From assembly GCA_012838235.1 (NCBI GenBank), contig DUPQ01000008.1, positions 4,523-68,522 of the forward strand: a stretch of 64,000 bases of DNA. The letters run 5' to 3'. Positions 51,270-59,607 of this stretch are shown piece after piece. The notes under the pieces are model-generated. The model had not been told where the DNA came from, ran no database searches, and saw only the letters and a list, made by a program, of their open reading frames with translations. The number at the start of each line of letters is the position of its first letter. The stretch's first letter is position 1. Made by a program: the position numbers and the translations under genes. The stretch comes from Clostridiaceae bacterium (GTDB lineage: Bacteria > Bacillota > Clostridia > DUPQ01).

Positions 51270-53405
51270 TTAGCCTATATTAAATACCGCTTTAATCTTA
51301 TTTGTATCGGGCTTTATAACGGCTTTTTGTTCGGTAATAACTGCCGAACCTCCCGATATGCTTTGTACGGTTACTTCTAAGTTTCTGTTTGGTAGCCGTA
51401 AATGTAAGCACAGTTCTCTGTTAATATCAAAAGAACACAAATCGGCAGTGAAGGTTACCGTATTCTTAGATACTTCTATACTGAAAGATATTTTGCCTTG
51501 GAATGCCGGTGCCTCCTTAATATTCATTGCATTGCCTTCTTTATAGAAATATCTCGGAACCGCACATGTTAAGTGCAACATATCATCTTTAAACAGATAA
51601 TCCGATACAAGCATATCCCGAATAAACTGAGCAACACATATAGGTGTCCATGCATGTTGCAGATCTCCTGTTATTCTTTTTGCTCCTTTTTCTTCGGTTC
51701 GCTCCTCGCACCAGGTAAACAGAGGAGTGCCGTGATTGAGTGCAGCTACAAGATAATCGGCCGATATGTCCGCTTTATCGGCTAATATATTTACATATGC
51801 CATGGCATCCAATGCTATAGCCACCCATAAACCGTCATGTATCCATCCGAGATTTTTCGGCAACCCTCCCTCACTTATATTCCCCTGTAACTTATTCATG
51901 GTACCTACAGCTAAGGGATGGTCCACGGGCAGTATATTGGTCGGATAAACCGCATCTGCCACAGCCCATCTGCTGCCTGATGTATTATGGGCACAGCTTC
52001 CTATCCAGACCGAACCGTCCGGCTCTTTGATATGTCCTATTTGCAGTGACTTTAATATACATTCTTTGTGGTCCAGATAAGTGGCAAGCAACTCATCATA
52101 AACGTCCTCTCTTTGTAACTCTTTAGCCGCCCAGACAGCTGCTTCCAATCCCATACAGTGCATGAAGTTGTGAGGATAAAAAACTCCGAAAAGGTCATCG
52201 CCGTTTTTCAGACCGCCGTCTCCCATGCCTCTGGGCATTAAGCCCCATTCGGGTGAATCGGGAGAGTTTTTCTTTTTGGTTTTTTCTCTTTGTGCCTTGG
52301 ACCATCTGGCGGAGGCAAGCATTCTTTCAAAATTCTCCTCTAAAAATGCTCTGTCTTTTGTCCGTAAATAGTAGTGCTGGATACAGCGGCTCTTCCATCC
52401 TGATGAAGCCCACATATACTTGCCCCATTGCTTATCATCTTCCCAGGAGCCGTTATTCAGCTGAAAACTTGCTACGAACTCGATGTTTTCTTTTGCAGGC
52501 TCAAAAAATCCGTATTTACCCAATGTAAGTGCCTGGAAACACGGCTCTCCGGTATTGGAGCTTCTGTACATTTCCGTTCCGGCAAGTCCCGCCATTCTGC
52601 CGTCAGCCATTTCTTCTCTCATTACGAATATATCGCACAGGCACGCTTTATATGCATTCTCAATCATGGGGTCGGGTAAATCAAATACCGGTGCTTTTTT
52701 GATAATATTTCTCCACTCATTCAGCCCCTGTTCGTACAGGGCATTCCAGTTTGTCTTCAACATAACTTCAATATCGTCGTTGTATTTTTTATTGGGGCGT
52801 ATAAGCATACTCTCACGGGTTTCTTTTGCTTTGAGTGTATATGCATATGTGACCGACTCTCTTCTGGAAGGAACAGTATCGGTAAGACTTGCATCCATAA
52901 TAACTATCCTGTCCGAAGCGTCATTGAATATGGGATTTACCACGCTGTATTCGCAGTCAAAATCCGCCCACTTGGTATTAATTGTGTTGTCCAATACGCA
53001 TGCGTCAATAAATATATTCTTATCGCTGCCGGTTGTATTGGTAACGGACATTTTAATAACATCTCCGAGTCTTGTAGCCACACATTGTACGGTAAGGTTT
53101 GCACCTTCCGCCTTTGCTTTATACAACAGTGACGGTATATATCCCTCAATTCTCTCCCAGGAAAAAGCTTCCATGGCAACATCGTTACACTTTGCAATTA
53201 TCTTGACTTTCCAGTCCAGACGAACTCTTTTGTATGCACCCAAAGGATTATGTGTTGTGTCGCTGTCGCTCCACAGCATGGATAAAGAATCTTTTGTACA
53301 GTCATACAGTGTCTTGTTACTCGAATTGGGAAGACATACACATATTCTGTGAGGTTCCGAAAATGCGTACCCGAAATCAATTTTTGTCTGCTTATTTTTT
53401 TTCAT
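51270..53405 (-). CDS. six-hairpin (alpha/alpha)6 glycoside-hydrolase-like protein, family unassigned
   Basis: 711 aa, no signal peptide. An N-terminal beta-rich region is followed by W/Y/G-rich helical repeats (NGSWEDDKQWGKYMWASSGW, GDLQHAWTP) and a beta-rich C-terminus. The assignment is by-eye fold resemblance only. Confidence 0.45.
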   Translation of the reverse strand: MKKNKQTKIDFGYAFSEPHRICVCLPNSSNKTLYDCTKDSLSMLWSDSDTTHNPLGAYKRVRLDWKVKIIAKCNDVAMEAFSWERIEGYIPSLLYKAKAEGANLTVQCVATRLGDVIKMSVTNTTGSDKNIFIDACVLDNTINTKWADFDCEYSVVNPIFNDASDRIVIMDASLTDTVPSRRESVTYAYTLKAKETRESMLIRPNKKYNDDIEVMLKTNWNALYEQGLNEWRNIIKKAPVFDLPDPMIENAYKACLCDIFVMREEMADGRMAGLAGTEMYRSSNTGEPCFQALTLGKYGFFEPAKENIEFVASFQLNNGSWEDDKQWGKYMWASSGWKSRCIQHYYLRTKDRAFLEENFERMLASARWSKAQREKTKKKNSPDSPEWGLMPRGMGDGGLKNGDDLFGVFYPHNFMHCMGLEAAVWAAKELQREDVYDELLATYLDHKECILKSLQIGHIKEPDGSVWIGSCAHNTSGSRWAVADAVYPTNILPVDHPLAVGTMNKLQGNISEGGLPKNLGWIHDGLWVAIALDAMAYVNILADKADISADYLVAALNHGTPLFTWCEERTEEKGAKRITGDLQHAWTPICVAQFIRDMLVSDYLFKDDMLHLTCAVPRYFYKEGNAMNIKEAPAFQGKISFSIEVSKNTVTFTADLCSFDINRELCLHLRLPNRNLEVTVQSISGGSAVITEQKAVIKPDTNKIKAVFNIG

Positions 53406-53432
53406 AATTTGTAGCTCCTGCTCCTTTCAAAT

Positions 53433-54230
53433 TTAACTTAATCCCAGTATTCTTGCGGCATTACCGCCTAATATCAAATCTTTAGAGGTTTGATTGATAG
53501 GTAAGCTGTTAATGGCATCTATTTCATTTTTGGCATTACTCCAGGGCGAGTCGGAAGCGAACAGTATTCTGTCGGCCCCGTGAGCCTTCACTATTCGCAA
53601 GAATTGTTCCTTGCCGTAATATTCAAAGCCCATTGAAGTGTCTAAATATATGTTTTTACCTACAAGATATCTTTCCACATCGTCCCACATGTTGTGGCTG
53701 CCAAGATGAGCCGCCACCATGATGCCTCCTTGCATGTGGTCGGCAATATATGCGAATTTTTGCGGATTACTTCTGTACGGGGGAGGCATACCGTGATCTT
53801 CACCGGCATGATGTACAATTATCAGGCCTTTACTCAAAGCATAATCATATATCCTTAAGGCTTTCGGATCATCCACACCGAAGGCTTGATATTCCACATG
53901 AAATTTTATACCTTTCAAGCCTAAACCGCAGACGAAATCTATATCTTTTTTGTAATCTTCCGTATGAGGAAAGATTCCTCCGAAAGATATTATTCTGTCA
54001 TCACAAACACTCTGTGCCCACAGATTGGTGCTTTGCAGTTGAGTTCTTTTAGTTATCACCGGCTGATTCACAGATATATCTATACACCATTTATCCATTG
54101 TTTCAATAAGCCCTGCCTTTGTAAGATCGGTAGCAGGCTCATATCTGTAGTTTACGTTTCTCAAAAGCGTCTCCTTGGCTTTTTTTGCAAGAGTATCGGG
54201 GAATATGTGAGTGTGGAAATCTATTATCAT
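53433..54230 (-). CDS. amidohydrolase-2 (PF04909-like) metal-dependent hydrolase/decarboxylase family protein
   Basis: N-terminus IIDFHTHIFPD (HxH), later HHAGED, AAHLG and FASDSPW (Asp). This matches the TIM-barrel amidohydrolase_2 ligand pattern. Confidence 0.8.
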   Translation of the reverse strand: MIIDFHTHIFPDTLAKKAKETLLRNVNYRYEPATDLTKAGLIETMDKWCIDISVNQPVITKRTQLQSTNLWAQSVCDDRIISFGGIFPHTEDYKKDIDFVCGLGLKGIKFHVEYQAFGVDDPKALRIYDYALSKGLIIVHHAGEDHGMPPPYRSNPQKFAYIADHMQGGIMVAAHLGSHNMWDDVERYLVGKNIYLDTSMGFEYYGKEQFLRIVKAHGADRILFASDSPWSNAKNEIDAINSLPINQTSKDLILGGNAARILGLS

Positions 54231-54448
54231 GTCGTTTTTTCCTTTTCATTAACTGTAACATTTTAATACCTTTTATTCAAGAAGCTTCGGCATATATTCC
54301 GGTGCACACCTTAACAAAAGTATGAGAAGGATAAAAACTGTTATACTTTAATTGACGACGATTTTATTGTAGAATCAATATTATAGAATGTGTATGAAGA
54401 AAAAAACAGGCTGATTAAAGTTCATGAAGTTGTGGAGGAAACCGATAT

Positions 54449-55684
54449 ATGAAGCCCGAACTTCTTAAGTTAAGAGAATATGCAAAACAATATGCCGAAA
54501 TAGCATTGAGCGACAGTAATCTGGCAATACCGGAGCAATACAGAAAACTTAACAGCCTGCAACAGGTGCGACCTCCCGTTCTTGTTTTTGAAGTGCCGTG
54601 GGGTGAACTGGAAGATCAGGAAAAACTTCGGTTGGAATGTGAAACCGACCTGTACAGAGGAATTGAAAGAGCCGTAAAGAGAGCTCTTTACCAGTTCGAG
54701 TATTTCCGGGGCGATTATGCAATACATCCGTATTACAAGGTAAGGATAAGAACAAAAGGTACCGGAATAGGTCTTACCGTGCAGGAGGTTAAGATTGGCT
54801 CCGCCACGGGGACCGATATCAGTGCTCATGAGTATCATGATATTTTACCCGATGAGGAATCTTTGGAAAAAATAACTATGCCTACGATGCAGGTGGATGA
54901 ACAGGCGACGCAAAGAGCACTGGAAGCGGCTCATGATGTATTTGACGGCATAATGGATGTGGGGCTTGGCGGCTATCAGCTCATATTTAATATGTGGGAT
55001 GAAATACCCCGATATCACGGTGTGGAGAATTGTCTTATCGATATATATGAAAGACCGGATTTTATTCATAAGATGATGGATAAGTTTACACGGTATCATG
55101 AGGAAACCGTCAGTCTATATGAAAAACTGAATATATTGGAAACCGATGCATATTATCTACACTGTACACCGGCATGCACCTATGAGCTGCCGGTAAAGGA
55201 TGTGGCCGAAGAAACCGTCAGTGCCAAGGATGTCTGGGGAAGGGGAATGGCTCAGATATTTGCCGTTGTATCTCCCGATATGCACAAAGAATTTGATATA
55301 AAGTACATGAAGCGGCTGTTTGACAGGTGCGGACTTACTTATTACGGCTGCTGCGAACCTTTACATAACAAAATTGATATTTTAACGGAGTTTGATAATT
55401 TGCGGAGAATATCCGTAACCCCCTGGGCGGATGTCGACATTGCAGCCGATGCCATGGGAAACAGATATGTACTTTCGGCAAAATCCAATCCCGCATATGT
55501 GTCGCAAGCAGTATTTGATCCTCAACCGGTTATTGAGGAGACAAAAAGAATACTTCTTGCATGTAAGAGAAACAACACGCCTTGCGAATTTGTATTGAAA
55601 GATATTTCCACGGTTAACAGAAATGTAAATCATCTGTCGGAATGGGTTAAGACGGTATCGCAAACCGTTGACAGGTATTGGTGA
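54449..55684 (+). CDS. hypothetical protein, possibly a distant URO-D-like TIM barrel
   Basis: 411 aa. The C-terminal part (YYGCCEPLHNKIDIL...ISVTPWADV...CEFVLKDIST) loosely resembles URO-D-family C-termini. No firm motif. Confidence 0.4.
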   Translation: MKPELLKLREYAKQYAEIALSDSNLAIPEQYRKLNSLQQVRPPVLVFEVPWGELEDQEKLRLECETDLYRGIERAVKRALYQFEYFRGDYAIHPYYKVRIRTKGTGIGLTVQEVKIGSATGTDISAHEYHDILPDEESLEKITMPTMQVDEQATQRALEAAHDVFDGIMDVGLGGYQLIFNMWDEIPRYHGVENCLIDIYERPDFIHKMMDKFTRYHEETVSLYEKLNILETDAYYLHCTPACTYELPVKDVAEETVSAKDVWGRGMAQIFAVVSPDMHKEFDIKYMKRLFDRCGLTYYGCCEPLHNKIDILTEFDNLRRISVTPWADVDIAADAMGNRYVLSAKSNPAYVSQAVFDPQPVIEETKRILLACKRNNTPCEFVLKDISTVNRNVNHLSEWVKTVSQTVDRYW

Positions 55685-56773
55685 TTATTTGTTAATGTAT
55701 ATATAAAGGTATGTGTCCGTCTTATCTTGACAGGAATACGGAGTAAATTTATCCTTCAGCCCTTCGGTGATATATACATGCTTATCTTCGGTTACGAAGA
55801 TCGCTTCAAAATCCCCGTATTCTCTCCATATTTCAACAGCTTTATCTAAACCTGTTACAAAAAGGGCTGTAGATAACGCATCGGCATATGTACCGTCATT
55901 TGCAACCACGGTGACCGAAAGGATACCGCTGTCGGCAGGATAGCCGGTGTGCGGATTGAGTATATGATGATATATTTTATTGTCTTTCTCAAAGTATCTC
56001 TGATAGCAACCGGAAGTTATGATAGAACAATCTGTATCATGGATTATTCCTATATAGGAGTGCTCGTCTTTCGGATCCTGAACGGCTATATTCCACACCG
56101 ATTTATCGGGGTTAAGTCCGAACAGTTGAATATTGCCCCCCAAAGAAAGCATGCCTGATTTAACACCGGAATCAATAAGCATTGCTGCCGTTTTTTGTCC
56201 GGCAAAACCTTTTGTAACGGCTCCCAAATCTATCTTTGTACCCGATTGCAGATTAAGCATATTACCTTCCAGACCAATCTTGTCATATCCGACAAGTTTC
56301 AGGATATCTTTAATACTTGCCTCATCCGGAACGGTATGGTTTTTATCATAGAATCCCCACAGCTCCATCAGCGGAAACACCGTTATATCAAAAGCTCCGT
56401 CAGTCATTTTTGATACTTTCAATGCCGTGCTTATCTGTTCTTTAAGTTCATCGGATATAGCTATATCCTTACCCGATGAATTGTTTACTTTTGATACTTC
56501 GCTGTTTTGTGAGTGAGCGGAAAAGGCGACATCATATGCCAGAATCCGCTTATATGCTTCATGCAATTCTTTTTCGGCATTTTTTGATATAACCGAGACC
56601 GACATTACGGTATCCATTGCTATAAAGGAAGTGGTATACATACCGTTTTTTTCCGTTATATACAGTGAAGATTCTTTTAAGCATCCGCTTAATAACAAAA
56701 GCAAAGACAAAACTATTATGACAGCTTTTCTTTTAGCATTAACTGTTGTTGAATTTTTGTTTTTTCCTGTCAT
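55685..56773 (-). CDS. apbE: FAD:protein FMN transferase (ApbE family lipoprotein)
   Basis: Signal peptide with lipobox LLLSGC. ApbE-like blocks (MDTVMSV, DLGAVTKGFA, AIITSGCYQRYF, HHILNPHTGYP). Confidence 0.85.
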   Translation of the reverse strand: MTGKNKNSTTVNAKRKAVIIVLSLLLLLSGCLKESSLYITEKNGMYTTSFIAMDTVMSVSVISKNAEKELHEAYKRILAYDVAFSAHSQNSEVSKVNNSSGKDIAISDELKEQISTALKVSKMTDGAFDITVFPLMELWGFYDKNHTVPDEASIKDILKLVGYDKIGLEGNMLNLQSGTKIDLGAVTKGFAGQKTAAMLIDSGVKSGMLSLGGNIQLFGLNPDKSVWNIAVQDPKDEHSYIGIIHDTDCSIITSGCYQRYFEKDNKIYHHILNPHTGYPADSGILSVTVVANDGTYADALSTALFVTGLDKAVEIWREYGDFEAIFVTEDKHVYITEGLKDKFTPYSCQDKTDTYLYIYINK

Positions 56774-57339
56774 CTTTTTATTGTTCCGTCCGGATTGAAC
56801 AAGGGAAGCGGAGCAATGTATGTTATATCATTCCGATAAATGGCATCACCTTCGGCTAAAACCGCCATTTTCCCGGCAACTATTCCGCCGGCTTGCAGTA
56901 CCAATTCCTCAACTGCACGTAATGAGCCTCCGGTGGAGATAACATCATCGACAATGAGGATGCGTTTTCCCTTCATAAATTCCGCATCGGCGGTGTCCAG
57001 ATAAAGTTTCTGAAGACCGGATGTGGTTATGGATTTCACATCCACCTCGAAAACTCCCGTCATATACAGTTTGGGAGCTTTTCTTGCAAGAAAATATTTA
57101 TTGACTCCGCTCTGTCTTGCCATTTCATGGACAATGGGAATCCCTTTGGATTCGGCGGTAATGGTGTAATCATATTCCGGTGCAAGTTCTAAAAGTCTCT
57201 TTGCACATGCTATTGTCAGCTCTATATCTCCGAAAACCACAAAAGCGGCTATATATAAATTGTCGGTAACTTTACATAACGGTAATCTTCTTTGCACTCC
57301 GGCGATGTTGATATCATAATAATCCATAAACCAACGCAT
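56770..57339 (-). CDS. phosphoribosyltransferase family protein (adenine/xanthine PRT-like)
   Basis: PRPP-binding loop RILIVDDVISTGGS. 4-nt overlap with apbE. The start is ambiguous: ATG 57339, or ATG 57327 which has better RBS spacing. Confidence 0.8.
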   Translation of the reverse strand: MRWFMDYYDINIAGVQRRLPLCKVTDNLYIAAFVVFGDIELTIACAKRLLELAPEYDYTITAESKGIPIVHEMARQSGVNKYFLARKAPKLYMTGVFEVDVKSITTSGLQKLYLDTADAEFMKGKRILIVDDVISTGGSLRAVEELVLQAGGIVAGKMAVLAEGDAIYRNDITYIAPLPLFNPDGTIKR

Positions 57340-57491
57340 CCTTTCAATGCTTTTTTAACATATATATTATACATCATAACGGTGATATATAGAATGTGAA
57401 AACAGTAATTTAAGCCAATCTTATACAAGCTTATACAAGAAATCTTATGTGCACCGGATTATGAACAATTGTGAACTTTCGAAACAATATC

Positions 57492-57519
57492 TTGAAAAGG
57501 AAAATATTAATGATATAAT
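57492..57519 (+). promoter_or_regulatory. near-consensus sigma-A promoter (TTGAAA-16 nt-TGaTATAAT), 224 nt upstream of mscL
   Basis: -35 at 57492-57497 and extended -10 TGATATAAT at 57511-57519. A second, weaker candidate (TTGCAT-16-TAAAAT, 57681-57708) lies closer to mscL. Confidence 0.55.
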
Positions 57520-57742
57520 AAAAACGCTATAGAGCCGGTAGAGGCAAAAACCTTTTTCTAAGCCGGCTGAGTCTTTGAAAGATCCGAAGTCGGCGTTCTG
57601 CATGATTGACGGTCTTTCTTCTTATATCGGGATAAAAACAGTTCTGATAAGAAACAGTCTGTAAGAGCTCTTAAATATTGTTGCATTTGTTTTTCAACAG
57701 TGTAAAATTAAGTTGCAGGGAATATATAAAGGAGATAAGTGT

Positions 57743-58195
57743 ATGGCTAAGAAGAACAAAACCAATCTGTTAAGCGAATTCAAGGCATTTATAACAAAAG
57801 GTAATGTAATAGATATGGCGGTAGGCGTAATTATCGGAGCCGCATTCGGAAAGATAGTATCTTCATTTGTAAATGATTTGTTGATGCCGTTAATAGGGTT
57901 GGTAATGGGGAAGGTTAATTTTAATGACCTGAAATGGGTATTGGCTACAGATGCGGAGGGCAATATTACATCGTCGGTGAATTACGGAACATTCCTTCAG
58001 AACATATTGGATTTTCTTATCATTGCGGCATGTGTATTCCTGTTGGTCAGGTTTGTGGCATTGGTGAGAAAGAAAGCTGAAGAAGCGAAGCAGAAAAACA
58101 AAGAGAAAGAGGAAGTAAAGGCGGCGCCGCCCGCTCCTTCCGAAGAGCAGGTACTTTTAACTGAAATAAGAGATTTGTTAAAAGAGAAAAAGTAA
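57743..58195 (+). CDS. mscL: large-conductance mechanosensitive channel
   Basis: ATG 57743 behind [44 protein letters not shown] is the MscL TM1 signature. Two TM helices and a charged C-terminal helix. Confidence 0.95.
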   Translation: MAKKNKTNLLSEFKAFITKGNVIDMAVGVIIGAAFGKIVSSFVNDLLMPLIGLVMGKVNFNDLKWVLATDAEGNITSSVNYGTFLQNILDFLIIAACVFLLVRFVALVRKKAEEAKQKNKEKEEVKAAPPAPSEEQVLLTEIRDLLKEKK

Positions 58196-58221
58196 AGTAT
58201 AATTATCACAGGAGGTGAAAC

Positions 58222-58557
58222 ATGGAAAAGAATGAAGATTTGGGCACAAGACTGGAAAATGCAGGCAAGAGATTTTTCAAAAAAACAAAAGAATTTGCCG
58301 ACACCACAAAACTTTCAATAAAGTTGAAAGAATTGGATTTGGATCTGGATAACCTTTATCAGATAGCAGGCAAAGCGGCATACTTCGGCGAAGATACAAA
58401 AGAAATTTTTACCCAGATAACCGATAAACTGGAGCAGATTGAAGAGGTAAAGGTGGATATTGCCGATGCTAAAGGTATGAAGATATGCGGCAACTGTAAG
58501 GCTGAAATGCCCAAAGAAGCCGTTGCATGCATGAAGTGCGGCGAAAAATTCGAATAA
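58222..58557 (+). CDS. zinc-ribbon domain protein, unknown function
   Basis: 111 aa. Helical N-terminal part and a C-terminal CxxC...CxxC (CGNCKAEMPKEAVACMKCGEKF). GGAGGTG RBS. Confidence 0.6.
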   Translation: MEKNEDLGTRLENAGKRFFKKTKEFADTTKLSIKLKELDLDLDNLYQIAGKAAYFGEDTKEIFTQITDKLEQIEEVKVDIADAKGMKICGNCKAEMPKEAVACMKCGEKFE

Positions 58558-58562
58558 GATTA

Positions 58563-59471
58563 TTATTCTAAATCTTTAGGTTTAATCACATTTATAAGAC
58601 GGGGCACTATTTCCATTCGGATGCTCCTTCTTTCTATTATCTCTCCTTCTATATTGACTTTAAGCATATCCTTGCTTTCTAAGGATATGTTTTTTCCTTT
58701 GGGGAAGGTTATGCCTTCCACACCTACATGCTTGCCCTTCATATATTTAGGTAATACGGAAAACACGAAATCCAGACCTCTGGCTTCGGCAATGCACATA
58801 TCTATTATTCCGTCATCAAATGATGTGTGGGGCACAGGTATGAATCCTCCGCCGTAATACTTTCCGTTTGTACAGGCTGCCAGCATTACATAGCCGTCAT
58901 TTATTACTTGTCCGTCTATGGTTATTTTGACATCGAATTTGGTTTTTTTCTGTCGTAAAACTCTGAAGAAACCCAGAAGATATGCAAGCATTCCGGTTAT
59001 TCCGTATTTTCTTGTAATCTGTGTAGAGTTGTAAGCTGCCTCGGCATCTACACCCATAGATAATATATTTATGCAATAACCGAATAATTCCTCATCATAC
59101 AGTTTTATAGCATCTACCTTAATCACATCGCCTTCAACGGTCCTTTTCACGAGGTCTTTAAGTTTTGTGTAATCGGTAAGATTCTTAATGAAGTCGTTTC
59201 CGCTTCCCGTAGGAAGTATGCCTATCGGGGTATCATAACCTGCCACTCCGTTTGCGGCCTGGTTAACCGATCCGTCACCGCCTGCAACATATATCCTGTA
59301 TCCGCCCTTTTTTGCATACTCTTCACACAACTCTTTTATATGCGTGGCATGCTGTGTATAGACTATACTGTACTCATCCTCTCTGCCTTCAAAATATTTC
59401 TTTATTTCCGGTAGGAATTTTGCGGCTTTCTTACTTCCCGACATAGGATTGATTATAAACAGATGCTTCAT
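58563..59471 (-). CDS. diacylglycerol kinase-family lipid kinase (YegS/DagK type)
   Basis: Start MKHLFIINPMSGS at 59471 behind GGGAGG; the track start 59549 is an extension. Has the GGDGS motif (VAGGDGSVNQ) and GTGNDF-like GSGNDF. Confidence 0.88.
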   Translation of the reverse strand: MKHLFIINPMSGSKKAAKFLPEIKKYFEGREDEYSIVYTQHATHIKELCEEYAKKGGYRIYVAGGDGSVNQAANGVAGYDTPIGILPTGSGNDFIKNLTDYTKLKDLVKRTVEGDVIKVDAIKLYDEELFGYCINILSMGVDAEAAYNSTQITRKYGITGMLAYLLGFFRVLRQKKTKFDVKITIDGQVINDGYVMLAACTNGKYYGGGFIPVPHTSFDDGIIDMCIAEARGLDFVFSVLPKYMKGKHVGVEGITFPKGKNISLESKDMLKVNIEGEIIERRSIRMEIVPRLINVIKPKDLE

Positions 59472-59607
59472 GGCCCCCTCCCGACAGTATAAATGCTTAC
59501 TTACTTTTGTTATATAATAACACATCAAAGCAACATTATGTATACACACTGTTAAAAATAGGGCTTATGTATTAAAATATATTAAGATAACAATAAAGGA
59601 GTTAACT

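Noticed and set aside
52483-53352. 289-aa ORF on the + strand inside the 711-aa minus-strand gene
   Set aside because: The translation is Ser/Leu/Ile-rich with no motifs, lying antisense to a longer ORF with a coherent domain-like sequence. I judged it a shadow ORF.
54287-54302. TCGGCATATATTCCGG in the divergent promoter region of the URO-D-like cluster, resembling the DUF5320 palindrome TCCGGCATATGCCGGA
   Set aside because: It shares only the 8-mer CGGCATAT, and about two chance occurrences are expected in 64 kb on both strands. The half-site spacing also differs by 2 nt, so a common regulator is not supported.
57526-57600. Possible c-di-GMP-I (GGCAAA-like) or c-di-AMP (ydaO) riboswitch upstream of mscL
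   Set aside because: Only a superficial GGCAAAAACC resemblance. The conserved cores I remember for GEMM-I (paired tetraloop/receptor hairpins) and ydaO (GGGGA/ACCC, pseudo-twofold symmetry) are absent. I kept it only as an unclassified structured RNA.
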